Below are positions 1-11,479 of a stretch of 64,000 nt of DNA, in pieces; within the stretch, counting starts at the first letter, position 1; each line of letters opens with the position of its first letter. The stretch is from Apus apus (taxonomy: Eukaryota), in contig NC_067282.1 in assembly GCF_020740795.1 (NCBI RefSeq), positions 18,025,172-18,089,171 of the forward strand. Direction: 5' to 3'. The position numbers were made by a program, and so were the translations under genes. The notes beneath the pieces were generated by a model, which did not search any database, was not told where the DNA came from, and saw only the letters and a list, made by a program, of their open reading frames with translations.

Positions 1-77
1 GCTCTTCCAGTTGTATCTGTATTTCCAGGAATTCTTCAAATGTCTGTTTCTTCCCCTGAATCGCAGCTTTAATAGGT
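1..77 (-). CDS. CENPJ: CENPJ internal coding exon (partial, runs off window edge)
   Basis: Minus-strand translation (R)PIKAAIQGKKQTFEEFLEIQIQLEE matches human CENPJ ...[26 protein letters not shown]. Acceptor cactag|A at 78-79 (minus sense). Phase joins the upstream exon 1525..1666 (AG+A=Arg). Confidence 0.8.
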
Positions 78-1524
78 CTAGTGTAAATTTAAAACAAAAG
101 TCAAGTCTCACATTTCTGTATAAAATAGTTGTGGTTAATGTCACTGCTATTCAAAGACCTAAGGTGTAACTACATAATTAAAAGATGACAAATAATTAGA
201 TACTTTGGTCATTAAGTGTCAAAGTTAATCTGAGCAATGCATTATACCACCATTTACTTCCTGAAAAATTACCAAATCCCTGCTATAGTTAATATAAATC
301 TAAAAGATAGTGTATGGAGGTTTTGCTATTTCTTCTTTCAGTGCTTTCTCAATGACCCTTTCTTCTGCCCAGACTACCAAACTTTCACTTGTATTTTATT
401 CATACTGCCCGTTTCTTCAGTATCACCTTCCCACTCAATGATGCTACAGAGATCTTCTTCCTTCTCTCTCCCATTGGTACTCCTCCTCCTCCTTCAGAGC
501 CTTGTACCAGCTCTGGCTGGGTTGCCATAAGCTTTCTTCATAGCAGCTGATGTTGCTGCATTTTGGTTTTGACTACAACAGTGTTGGTAACACAGTAGTG
601 TTTCTGTTATTACTGAACAGTTCTTTGCACAGCACCAGAGCCTTTTATTTGCTTTTTCATGCTGCTTTCTGCTCCAAGCAATAAGGCTGAGGCTGGGCAA
701 GAGGCTGAGAGGGGACCAGCCAGAACAGTCAACCTGAATTAACCAAAGGGACACACCATGCCATATAACATGATCAGGAGTAAAAACTGGGGCCTTGGTC
801 TTCCAAAAGTAGCTGTTGTTCAGAGACCAAGTGGGCACTGGTCCGCTTGAGGGAGGTCACGAGTGACAGCCTTTGAGTCACTTGGATTTCCTCCCCCCCC
901 TGCTACTTATCAAACCTTTTTTATCTCAACTGTTTTCTCCAGTTCACTCCTCTGAAACCCTCTCCCATTCTGCTCTGGGAGAGAGAGTGAGCAAGCGACT
1001 GGGTAGGTGCTGAGTTGTTGGCTGGGCTCAATCCACCACAGCCTGGAACAAGTACTTCTTGCTTTTGCGACGACCCAGCAGACAAAGCAGAGCTTTACAA
1101 CAACGCCAACCATTACCTTTACTCCATCAACTCCATAAACGAAGCCTTTACCATACATGAGAAGCTTTCTGCTACAAGCCACTGTTATTACCAGGAGTTA
1201 TATTTGTTTAAACATCTGTATATGGCTAAGAAGCAATAAAATAAAGGTCACAGCTTTACACTCCTCCTTAACATTACTACTTCTGCTACCTAACAGTGGA
1301 TAGGAGGCTGTAATAAATGAATTTGGCACAGTAATTATAACTGCTAATATTATAAGCCTATACTAAAATGTGCTTCTTTCACAGCATAAGCAATTTCAAG
1401 CCTGAGCCTCTCTTGCTACAGGTCCCCACACAAATGGAGAATATCAGACTCTTTCAATCAGGACTCAGAATTTAAAAACTCATTACTTATTTGACAAAAA
1501 TTACATAACAATGGTCTGAATTAC

Positions 1525-1666
1525 CTTTCCTCTGTATTAGTACACAAATGTTTTTCTCTGCTGGAATTTTCCAAGAGATCTGCACTTTCTTCACATAAAG
1601 GATCCATGAGATGATCTTCACTGTCACTTATTTCCATCTTTTGTTCTGGACACCACATGTGTTTTC
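1525..1666 (-). CDS. CENPJ: CENPJ internal coding exon
   Basis: Minus-strand ORF GKHMWCPEQKMEISDSEDHLMDPLCEESADLLENSSREKHLCTNTEE(R). Acceptor ttttgtag| and donor AG|gtaattc. Ends ...NTEER, joining in frame to PIKAAI of the next exon (human ...[19 protein letters not shown]). MWCPEQK resembles human LCWEK. Confidence 0.7.
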
Positions 1667-3149
1667 CTACAAAATTAATTTAAATTATTTTTCGTCCTCA
1701 ACCACAAATCAGTTTTCAGGTCATACTTTAAGCAGCATTCAGATCAGATTGAAAACAGAAGGGATCTTCACAGTAATGTAGTCTGAATTCCTATATGAAG
1801 TCCTAAGTTTCCACTAATTATTTTTTTAATTGGAACTTTCTTTTTAAAGCAACATCCAATTATGTATTAAAATTTTTCCACAGATCTTAAATAACCCATT
1901 CTGATTGTTCATCTTCTTCACTATTGTTAATGTATGGTTTAAAAACTATATGTCAAGTAAAAATCAAGTAAAACACTTATAAAAGCTTCACATTAAGTAG
2001 TAGAAAATTACATCCAATAACTACAAGAGGGAAAAAAAAAACCTACCATACACCAAGTTATTTTTTTATAAATGACTAACCAGTAATATCTTCCCCATGT
2101 TACAAACAGCTCTGCATTTTCAGAGGCACACCTCGACTTTGTTTCTCACAAGCAGACAGTCCTGAAAGAATGCTGTTAAACTTTGTAAAAAACCAGTCTT
2201 GTGTATGTGGAGAAACAACTGAAGCAAAAGCTGTGTCTTCAAAGCAATTCTGACACCCAGATGAGAGCAACTGCTGTAAAGTTGTTAAGTCGGCTGAATG
2301 CCCAGGTCTTAGCTTTTGACTTTGAGTTATTAAGAGTATAGCCTTGAAATTGCAAGGGAAAAAATGGCTGTGTCATTGTATTTGTGCCACTGTGCCAACA
2401 CCACACAGCAGAAAAGAAATGGCACTGAGGTGCAAGGCTGATCACCCAGCCTCCATCCTTACCTTACTGACCAAGGATAAGTGATTAAGCAATCTGAATT
2501 CTGCTCTCCTAAGGCTAAGCCCTAAGTTCATTTTCTCAGGTAGGCAGAGAGAAAGAAAAATAATAATTGAAGTCAGGTTGGACTGATACTGCCAGCAGGA
2601 GAAAATACCCCTCTCTAAAAGCTTTTTTCAGACCAGCACTGCCTTCTCCCTTTGCACACAGCAAACAAGACTGGAAAACTGATCCAGGTTACAAGTTGTT
2701 TTTCAATACAGACAAGCAACATCCATTTAGTCTAGTTCAGTTCAACACCTGAACAAATCTGTGCTGTGTGAGCACAAACAAGGAGGGACCACTTCATTTG
2801 GATACACTGACAGTTTCAACCAATCAAAAGTATTGTGAGAAACAGCTAATCAGAAAGGAAAGCAACTGTTTTACACTCTCTTCTACTTCAAATATGTTAT
2901 TCAGAATGAGGGCTCCTATCATGGCACATATTGACCAAGTTACAGCTGGCATTTTATAAAAACTTAATAGTGTTCCTTCTGTAGTATCACTCAACTTGCA
3001 GGCACTGAAGGGATGCAGCATTTATCTTTGACTAACCAAGTAGTCTTAAGATGAAGAACACTAAATATACTTTCAAATTTTAACTGGAAAATGAGATTAG
3101 ATTCTTCAGTTTACTCCAAGTCTATCACACACTTGCTTTCTCAACTTAC

Positions 3150-3273
3150 CAAGAACTGCTGTCTGGCCAGACACCATGCTAAGTAGCTTCTGCTGCTCTT
3201 CCATTAGCCTTTGAAGTTGCTCCATCTGTTGTTTCTTCAGCTGTTCCTGTTTCTGTTGTTGCAATTCCTTCAG
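3150..3273 (-). CDS. CENPJ: CENPJ coding exon (coiled-coil segment)
   Basis: Minus-strand [41 protein letters not shown] matches human [42 protein letters not shown]. Acceptor aaaag|CTG, donor G|gtaagt. Confidence 0.85.
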
Positions 3274-3720
3274 CTTTTCAAACAAAAAAAATTAATGTAT
3301 TAGAGGCTAGGTTTACTTAGGACATACCACAGTATTAGTGTCATAAAGACAAGAGGCATTTCTTGTTTTCAAGATATTCCATTATGTGACTGTAACATTA
3401 AGGAAATTAATATTTTTTTAATCTATGAATGCACATGCAATTCCCAGTTTGCCCAATTAGCAGTTCCACTAGTCTTTAATTGACTATTCTGCAAACAACA
3501 GGAATCAGAACACTCATTTCTACTGCATGGCAAAAGCATTCAAATTCTCCTCTTTTAATGTTAACTTCCTCTATGCTGTGTTTTTATTAAAATGTGAAAA
3601 TACTTCATAATAATTTAAACTTCAGAAAAAGTGTGTGGGATTTTTTTTTTCCTTCCCCCCAAGATCTGAGTTACAGCGAACAGTCCTGACACAAAGGACA
3701 AAGAGAGGATCAACCTGCCT

Positions 3721-3750
3721 GGAAAAAAAAAAAAAAAAAAAAAAAAAAAA
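3721..3750 (+). repeat. Poly(A) tract (about 30 nt) in a CENPJ intron
   Basis: Uninterrupted A30 seen in the sequence. Possibly the 3' tail of a plus-oriented retroposed insert to its left; no element recognised. Confidence 0.6.
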
Positions 3751-5222
3751 GGTGAAATTCAGTAATCCAACCTTCATTGTGTAGCAGGAGGCCCTAGTCC
3801 TGCCTCAAGACCAGCCTGGAGGGCCATGTGAAGGCAAGGCATTCTGTATCCTACCAAACCACAGAAATGGGTAGTGGGCCTCCATGTCCACCTCTGCATC
3901 TCCAACACACACATATATGCTGGTTCCAGCTCCTCCAAATGAAAGACAGGAGGCCTGATTAAATCTTTCCATGGATCAATTGGGCCATACCTGTCATCCA
4001 ACAGGTAAGAAAAAATTCCCTTGAACTTCCCGTGCAGTCTCTTAAAATTCCAGTGAAAACAGAAGTAAGGCACTATGCAAGCAGAAGCTGTGAGCTAATG
4101 ATCAAGATCCAAAGATCACCTAACCCTCATCTCCAAACCCTTCACTTCATTTGTTAAAGAAATCATAACTCTACCTGTTCTGTTAATAATATCCTCAGAA
4201 ACCCCAAACTGAAAAAATCTCATAGATCCAAAACTACATTCAACATTACAAGCATCAGATATTTTTTATATATTACATTGTCAATAACTTTCCAAGACTG
4301 ATTTAATAACTCTTCTTAAGATACCACTAAAGCGGGTAGTATCTGTCATTTAGTCACTGTTTGATACTACTGACAATACTAAAAAGTGAGTAAATATTTT
4401 TCTATCATGTAAAATACAGGAGAAAACTTTTATAGCACCAGACAAGTTGTGGAATTCTCTCTAGAGACACACGCACACACTCTTCCTTTCTCCAATTGAG
4501 TGAACAGACAAGATTTGTGCTGAGGTAGCTGCTAGCAAAGAGGACAAGGAGGTGAGTTCTTAATCCTTAACAGAAAGATCTACTGAAGTGCCTATGAACA
4601 CTTTCAGCTAATACAGTTTACATCTAGTAATTGGGAAGAGCTATGAGCAAACATATAGCCAGTTACACTGGATTAACTGACAACAGTTACATCACAGCAT
4701 TGTAATTTCAGGCCTTTTTGTCCCAAAGTCTAGGATACTTCACCATATTCAAGACTAAAATCTCTATTCATCTAACAAAACTAGGTCTATGGGAGTACAT
4801 ACCTACCTTGAGAACTAACAGAAGATGTTGCTACAAACACAAGAACACACAATTTCACCATGTTGTGAACATCTGTGATTAAGTACTACAACTGTAATGA
4901 CCAGCACCCTATTTCCACAGCTTCAAGTAAAGAAATAACAGAACATAGTAAATCCACATGCATCTTTCCAGGTAAAAAGATTTTGAGAACAATAAACTGC
5001 CATTGAATGCAGGTGCATTTTAAACTGGAACCTGTGGTAGCTGGAAATAATCAGGAAGAGGACACCAACTTTTATGCACACATAACTGACTTAGGACTTG
5101 TTGTTTAAGCTTGCTGTGATCTATACATAGAAAAGAGTTTGCTTACTTCAGGTATGACAAATCATATGCAGGAACAAAATATATCCTAATTGATGTATGT
5201 CAAGGAATTCTAGAATTTTTAC

Positions 5223-5667
5223 CTGTTCAAGCTTTTGTAAGAGTGGATCACTGTGATCAGATTTATTCTGACTATGCACTTCACCATGGACAAAGTCTGT
5301 TTCAGAGGTTTCTATGTTACATGTTGCTGCTGGAAGAGATGTTTCGGTGACATATTCCTGGAGTGTACAAGGGCTGCCAGCCTCTTCACACAAGGAGTCA
5401 TCACTTAGAGAACAGCTATCCGAAAGATGCAACACTTCAGCAGCAAAAGCTGTGATGTTTTCTGGTCCAGGTAACTGATTTTCTTTATTGACTTTCAAAC
5501 CAGCAAAAGCAGGATCTAATAGAACTCCAGCACGGGAACTGTTGGACATCCATTGTGCAATGAGGTTCTGTTCACTGCTCGGATCTTCAACAGTGGGCAT
5601 CTTGTAGATTGTATTCCCATGTATTTGCTGATGTAGCATTAACATAACAATATTACGTTATGTAGTA
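5223..5667 (-). CDS. CENPJ: CENPJ first coding exon (ATG at 5645, alternative ATG at 5600; 5' exon boundary approximate)
   Basis: Minus ORF MLMLHQQIHGNTIYKMPTVEDPSSEQNLIAQWMSNSSRAGVLLDP...DPLLQKLEQ matches the human CENPJ N-terminus [32 protein letters not shown]...DPLFKKLEQ. In-frame stop 4 codons upstream of the ATG at 5645. Donor CAG|gtaaaaat at 5221-5222. Candidate acceptor cctag| at 5668-5669. Confidence 0.8.
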
Positions 5668-6659
5668 CTAGGACAGTAAAAGTTTCAAAGTTCCAGGTAT
5701 TTGGTATGGATGGTTATCTGCTTTTAACACCTAGAAATTAAGCAGATAAACAAAATGAGAAATTCACAATAACAGATTCCCAGTAAAATAAAGTTACTCT
5801 CTTATAACCAGCCTACTCTATTTATACAAATATGTCACAACCTGCTTTCCCCTTGGTAATAGAAACTATTTGGACACGTAACAAATAATTTCTGTGCAGG
5901 AAGTCAATACAATCAAACTTTTATGATTTATTTGAGTGGAGCTAATACCTCAAAAATTATAAAGCTGTGTATAATATTCTCTTCAGTAGTAAAGAATTTT
6001 CTTTAAAAGCCTGCAACAAAAGAAGAGAGGTGATTTGAGAAGCTGAAAGACTTTCCACACAGGACCTTCATATTAATGCAAAGTTTCAAATATATCTATC
6101 TAAATACAACTTAAACTGCAAATATTTCATTGCAGCACTCATATTTTTCGTGCTGTACTTAAGTTTCTTGTGGAAGCTCTACAACCATGCTGCCTGTTTG
6201 CTTCTTCCTCCCAACCAGCTTCTTTTTTTAAACCCACTAGAAAAAAAGTTTGAAGACTGCAGAAGTTTCAGTGATAACCAAATCCCTGCAAGTACCATAA
6301 AATATGAATGAAGGCAGGTAGGAGACCCAAAGTGATTTTTTCACTCGGGAAGGAAAAAAGACAGAACTGCTGTCCATTACGATGTGCCAAGAGCCTGACC
6401 GCTCAGCCTTGCCACCTCCAGGCAGTCCCAGGACAATTAACTCCCATTAGGAATGTCAGGGGGACACAAGAAAGAGGCCCCTGTCAAGAGACAGAGAACC
6501 ACAGCAGCCCAGGTTCAACAGTCCTGTTGATAAGGAAGTAACTTCCTAAAGCCCTAGAGATCAGTTTCTGCCAGCTCTCACTTAATTTTCTCACTGTAAA
6601 ACTAAGTTTGAAACTCTGAGTAGGAGAAGCTGAAATTCCCTCAGGAAAATGTTAATTCA

Positions 6660-7620
6660 ACTGCCTTGTTTCGAGACGCCACGGGAAGCTTCCCAGCGCG
6701 GTTCGGGGTGCTGCACAGGCCAGCTACGGGCAAATTCAAGCCGACCGGGTTGTCCTGTCACCTTTTCGAGACCCCTTCCAAGCAGCCTGCCAGTTTAAAG
6801 CTTCCCTTCCGCTTTCGTGCCAGCCGAAAGAGCTGGCAGGGCTGCAGCCCACCCCTCTCGGGGAGGCCAGGAGAGACCAAGGGGGCCCTCCCAGAGGCCG
6901 CCGGCGGGGAGACGAGCTCCTCGGCCAACCCGCGGGGTCAGGCCCGGCACGTCCCTCCCCTCCCGGGCACGAACGAACAGCCCCCCGGGCACGAACACCC
7001 CACGTACGCCCCCGGCTCTCGCCCAGCCCCGGCCCGAGGCACCCGCACCGCACAGCCCGGACCCGCGGCTCCCGCCCAGCCCCAGCCCGAGGCACCCACA
7101 CCGCCGCCCAGGCCGCTGCCGCTGCCGCCCCGCTCCTGCGATTACAAACCTGCCGCCACCGCGCGGCCTCCCGGCGCCGCGGGCCGGCACCGCCCCGCCG
7201 CGGGGCATGCTGGCCGCTGTAGTCCCGACCCGCCGCCGTTCCCGCCCGGCTGCGGGGCGCTCCTGGCCGCTGGAACTACAGCTCCCAAGAGGCTCAGCGG
7301 CGAAAGGGCCGTTGCCGGGCAGGAAGCGCGCCCGCAGGCCCCGCGCGTTAGGGGCGGGAAGGGCGGCGGTGGCGGGGGAGCGGTTCCCTGCGGCAGCTGG
7401 GGCTGTCCCGCGGTGCGGGGCTGCTGGAGGCGGCTCCCGGGGGTTCCCGCGGCTCCGAGGGTGGCTCCCGGGGCCGGCGTTTCTCGTCGGGCGGCGCCGT
7501 TGCTGTCGGAGCTGGAAGGGCCGTCTCGGCGCGCGGAGGTTCCGGAGCCGTGAGCTGTCCCCTCAGGGCGTGCGGGTGTCTGCTGGGGTGAGGCTTTGGG
7601 CTTCTTCCCCGCTTTTATCG
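6660..7620. promoter_or_regulatory. CpG island, candidate bidirectional promoter between CENPJ (-) and PARP4 (+), with 5' non-coding first exons
   Basis: About 1 kb of very high GC and CpG density flanked by AT-rich sequence. It sits between the divergent first coding exons of CENPJ (5667..5223, minus) and PARP4 (11347.., plus). Candidate PARP4 exon-1 donors GGG|gtgagg near 7586 and GCC|gtgagc near 7549. The ORFs in the track here are GC-composition artefacts. Confidence 0.7.
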
Positions 7621-10600
7621 CGGCCGCTTGCACCCTTGTAATTCTTAAATACCTGCAGTTGTGTAAACCCAGGGCAGCCCTTTCATTTGCCTGCTGCTAG
7701 TTTTAATTTCAGGTATGTTTGTGGTTCAACCAGGCTCTTTTCTGCTAAACTGCCAACCATCTCTCCAGCACTTTTCTTTTGTCATTATTAATATATCGTC
7801 TACATTATTTTCCTCTGACTGGATTCTGCCTTAGCAGTGGGAAGCTGCCGCGCTAGGAAATAAAACTATTTGTATGGCTGCTTTTTTAAAGCATCACATT
7901 TAGTCCCTTTGACATCGTTAGTAGGAAGACGCAGCAGAGGTTTGTTTTCAGTTTATCTACACACCGGAGGCCTTACAGTACTACAGATTGTTCGTTGTCA
8001 GTTGTTGGGCAGTAAAAAAATATATTTTTTGCTCCACCTCTGTGCTAAAAATGTAATCCATATAGCCTGTGAGGCTATTGGGGCCTTACAGATGTCCACC
8101 AACATAAAACTGTAAGAATTAAACTAGTGATAGTTGTCAGCAGTTCCTGTTTTGCATAACTTCCTTATCCGGTGCTGCAACAACATGGTATTCCAGTTAT
8201 AAAAGTGTTTATCAGGAGTCAGTTAATTCTCCACACACCGCTGAAATACAATAGTTTTCTGATTTTGAATTCTGGAAGTTTATCCATTTGAAAAGAGTAA
8301 AGCCGAACACTGCTAAAATTCCTTGAGAAGTTTGGTTCTCTAGGAAAATGGGGGAGGAGGGGCTAGTGTTCAGTGGTAGCGTTATTCATCAACAATGAAA
8401 GGGAATAAAATCTTCACTCAAGGGAGAGAAAAACTGCTGCGAACAGACTTTGAACAGATTTTAGCTCCTGCTGTCAGGTATTCCAAAGTTCACTTGAGCT
8501 TTAAGAGTGGCTGTTTCCTCCTCCTCCCCAGTGCAGTGAGGGTCAGAGCTCCTCACTCTGCAGCTCTTTGCTTGGTTCATTTCTCTGACGCTTTGGTGTG
8601 TCCCTTCGGGCGTTTCACAGGAAGGCGGGAGTGCGTCCTAGCCCCTCCTACCTGCAACGCCCCGGCTTTCCACTTGTGCCTCATGCTGTTGGGGGAGAAG
8701 ACCTTTCAGGGAAGGCAGCTTCCTAAGCAGGTGAGTGTAAATACTTGGCTCCCTCACAGAAGAGGAGTGGGATCAGGGGTCATTTAATGCCTCTCAGACT
8801 CGGAGGAAATGAATCCCTCAAGCTTCCGCATTCCTTTCTGCTTACTGTACTGGCTGACCTGCGGTTTATTTACAGAGCAGTTCTAGCAATATGTTTTTTT
8901 CTCAGATCTTAGCAGCTTGATTTTCATAGGAAAATGTAATATCAAATACTTTTGTAGGGTTTTGTACCACACGCACCTACCAATTTGGGTTGCTTCTGTT
9001 GTTTTCCAGATAAAAGATGAACGTGGAGGCAGGGCTGGTGCTTGCAATTGGTTGTATTTCATTACTTTCTAATAAACTTCTTGTTTTGGCTGTGCAAATA
9101 GAGTTCATTATTTCCTCAGGACACAACCTCTGGTGATACTTTTGCAGTATCCAGAATCTGCTTTAGAGAATATATTGAGAGAATGAGTGCACACAGAACT
9201 CTAGTGAAGAGGGAGGCAGTGTCCAGATCTATACAATGGTTACTAAAGGAAGCCTTTGGCAGTGGCACATTTGCCCTTATATATGCCTCAAATTAATCTG
9301 TCTTATTTGTGACAAGATTCAAAATAAAGTTGGTAAAAGGATCTTAAAATAAGATTTTATACCACAAACTACAGCTTCTTAAAGGTACAGTTTTCCACAG
9401 AAATTAGTTGGAACAAGGCTGCATTGTAAAACACCTCAGATAGCATAGTATCCCATGAAAATCTCTCAGTTAAAACATGGAGAGTTGTTTTTTTGTGTGT
9501 GCAAAGAGTACTTTTTTGTCAAAAACAGTAATGTTAATAAAAAGCAAAAACGAGCCAGAAAATACAAGTATGTGTTACCTGATGTGCGCTTTGATCTGCT
9601 GTCTGCCTGACCTAAGTGCACATATTACCATTACAGGGTAATGAGTTCTATCAGGTTCATAGTGTAGTAGTAGATTTGGCCTTTCCTATAGATTACGTTT
9701 CTGAGATTAAATTATATAGGCATGTATAACATTGTGTCTCATAGTGTTGATTTCCCAGGTTTTCATGAAACCCCAAATTCAAAGGAATTACGTTGCTCTC
9801 TCTCATGGACTAACTACTTATTTTTTAGCAAATAATTGGAGTTATTCCATGGTAGCTGGTCATCTGATTCCTTTTTTACTGCACTGAAGAACAACTGTAC
9901 TTGCATACACTGAAAAGCCAGTAGGCCATAGAATAAGAAAATAAACGTTCCTTAAATGTATCATAGGTAATGTAATCTAAATCCCATCCCAAAATTACCT
10001 CAGGCTACTGTGTTTTGTTTTGTTTTAATCTGAAGCCTTATTGTAATCATCTGCTCTAGACTTGGGTCCACAATAAATTCATCAAACAATAATCTTAGAT
10101 TATGAAGTGCTGTTGTCAGAGCCACTTAAACATTTCTTCTGCATTGTTACTGTATTTTGGTTTATTCTCTCTCCACACTGCAGTGGAATCTTTCTGCAGG
10201 GCTGATGTAAAGGTTTTGTTGACCTTGAAAAGCTTTGGTGCAATTTGACCAATACTAATTTTTTAAGCCAGAAGAACCAATAGGGTATTTAAATTCTTTG
10301 CTTTTAGACCTTGTGAAGAAACTATTCTAATAAATGTAGCCTTAATTTGTCATTCGTAGTGCAGAAAAATGTGAAGTGGTAAATGAACGTAAGTAGTTGA
10401 AATGGTGTCTGCTCTCCTTTTTGCAGTCTCTAATGTAGATGTTGTTCATAGAAGTAAGAGGATAGGTGCTCAATCAAAATTTGCAGCCTAGGTAGGAGCT
10501 GTCATTAACTTGGAGAAAGCTAATTTTTGCTCCAGATGGTCTCCCTAAGATAGAGGGCACTTAACACCAGACATCTTTGGCTAACACAAGAACTGCTTTC

Positions 10601-11346
10601 CTTTCACATTTACTTTCAAACATGCAATTTCTTGTTTGTTCTGCCTCCTTCTGTGAGTCCAGAATGGACTGGGAGAGGCCAAGTATGATAACTTTGTCCA
10701 GTTATCTTACAAAATTATTTGGCCTTGTGTCCCTGATGAAACATTTACATCTTCAGGTAGGTTTTCCATACAAATAGTTAAGTAAAAACAAGTTTTTTAC
10801 CAGTGAACAACCCTCTGGATGAGATACGGACATGGTGTACTGAGATCCAAAGAATCACAGGTTAAAAAAAAATAAATGACCTGAATGTTTTGTTTTACAA
10901 AAATGAGCATGGCAGTTAGTGTAGCATTTAATAGTGTGTCTGCATTAGCAGTTTGGCTTGAAGCAGAGATGCAATTTTAAGCAAAATCTTTCGGTTGTCA
11001 AGAGCAGCCTTGTGTTGATTAAGTTCTCAAAACAGTGTTGAGGTGTACCACCTGAATGCCTTTCAGAGAAAAGTAAGCTGGGTGCTTTACTTCAGGTAAG
11101 CTTGATGTGGCATTGGTTTTGGCCTCTGTCTGAGCTCACCCAGTCATAAGACTCTCTGGCTTGCACTTAACACTCATTTGCCACTGAAGGGCTCTGAAAC
11201 CCTAGAAAAACCCACACCACACTGAGAAACTCATATGCTATATAAGTTAGAGTTGTGAAGAATGTCTTTGGTGAGAGACTACTTGGGTACATAGTGGAAA
11301 TGAAAGTTTTCTCAGCCAAAAAAAAAATTATTTTCTCTTTTAACAG

Positions 11347-11479
11347 GAGGGAAATGGCAATCTTTGCAAACTGCATATTCTTTATTAAAGTTAAATACTT
11401 AACCATTCAGGAGAGGAGCAGGCTGAAAGCATCCATACAAGAAAATGGTGGAGTAATTAATTTTGTGCTTAATCACAAG
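11347..11479 (+). CDS. PARP4: PARP4 first coding exon (ATG 11354), BRCT start
   Basis: acag|GAGGGAAATGGCA; MAIFANCIFFIKVKYLTIQERSRLKASIQENGGVINFVLNHK vs human PARP4 MVMGIFANCIFCLKVKYLPQQQKKKLQTDIKENGGKFSFSLNPQ; donor AAG|gtaagt. Confidence 0.9.

Noticed and set aside
2239-3021. Minus-strand ORFs 2239..2445 and 2824..3021 as candidate missing CENPJ exons
   Set aside because: - The translations show no resemblance to CENPJ.
- No acceptable splice sites in phase with the neighbouring exons.
- Exons 3150..3273 and 1525..1666 already join in frame.
6666-7641. Long overlapping ORFs on both strands (up to 295 aa, Pro/Arg/Ala/Gly-rich) inside the CENPJ/PARP4 CpG island
   Set aside because: - These are composition artefacts of about 75% GC sequence.
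- Several overlapping frames on both strands are all open, with low-complexity translation and no homology.
- The position is that of a promoter or first non-coding exon.
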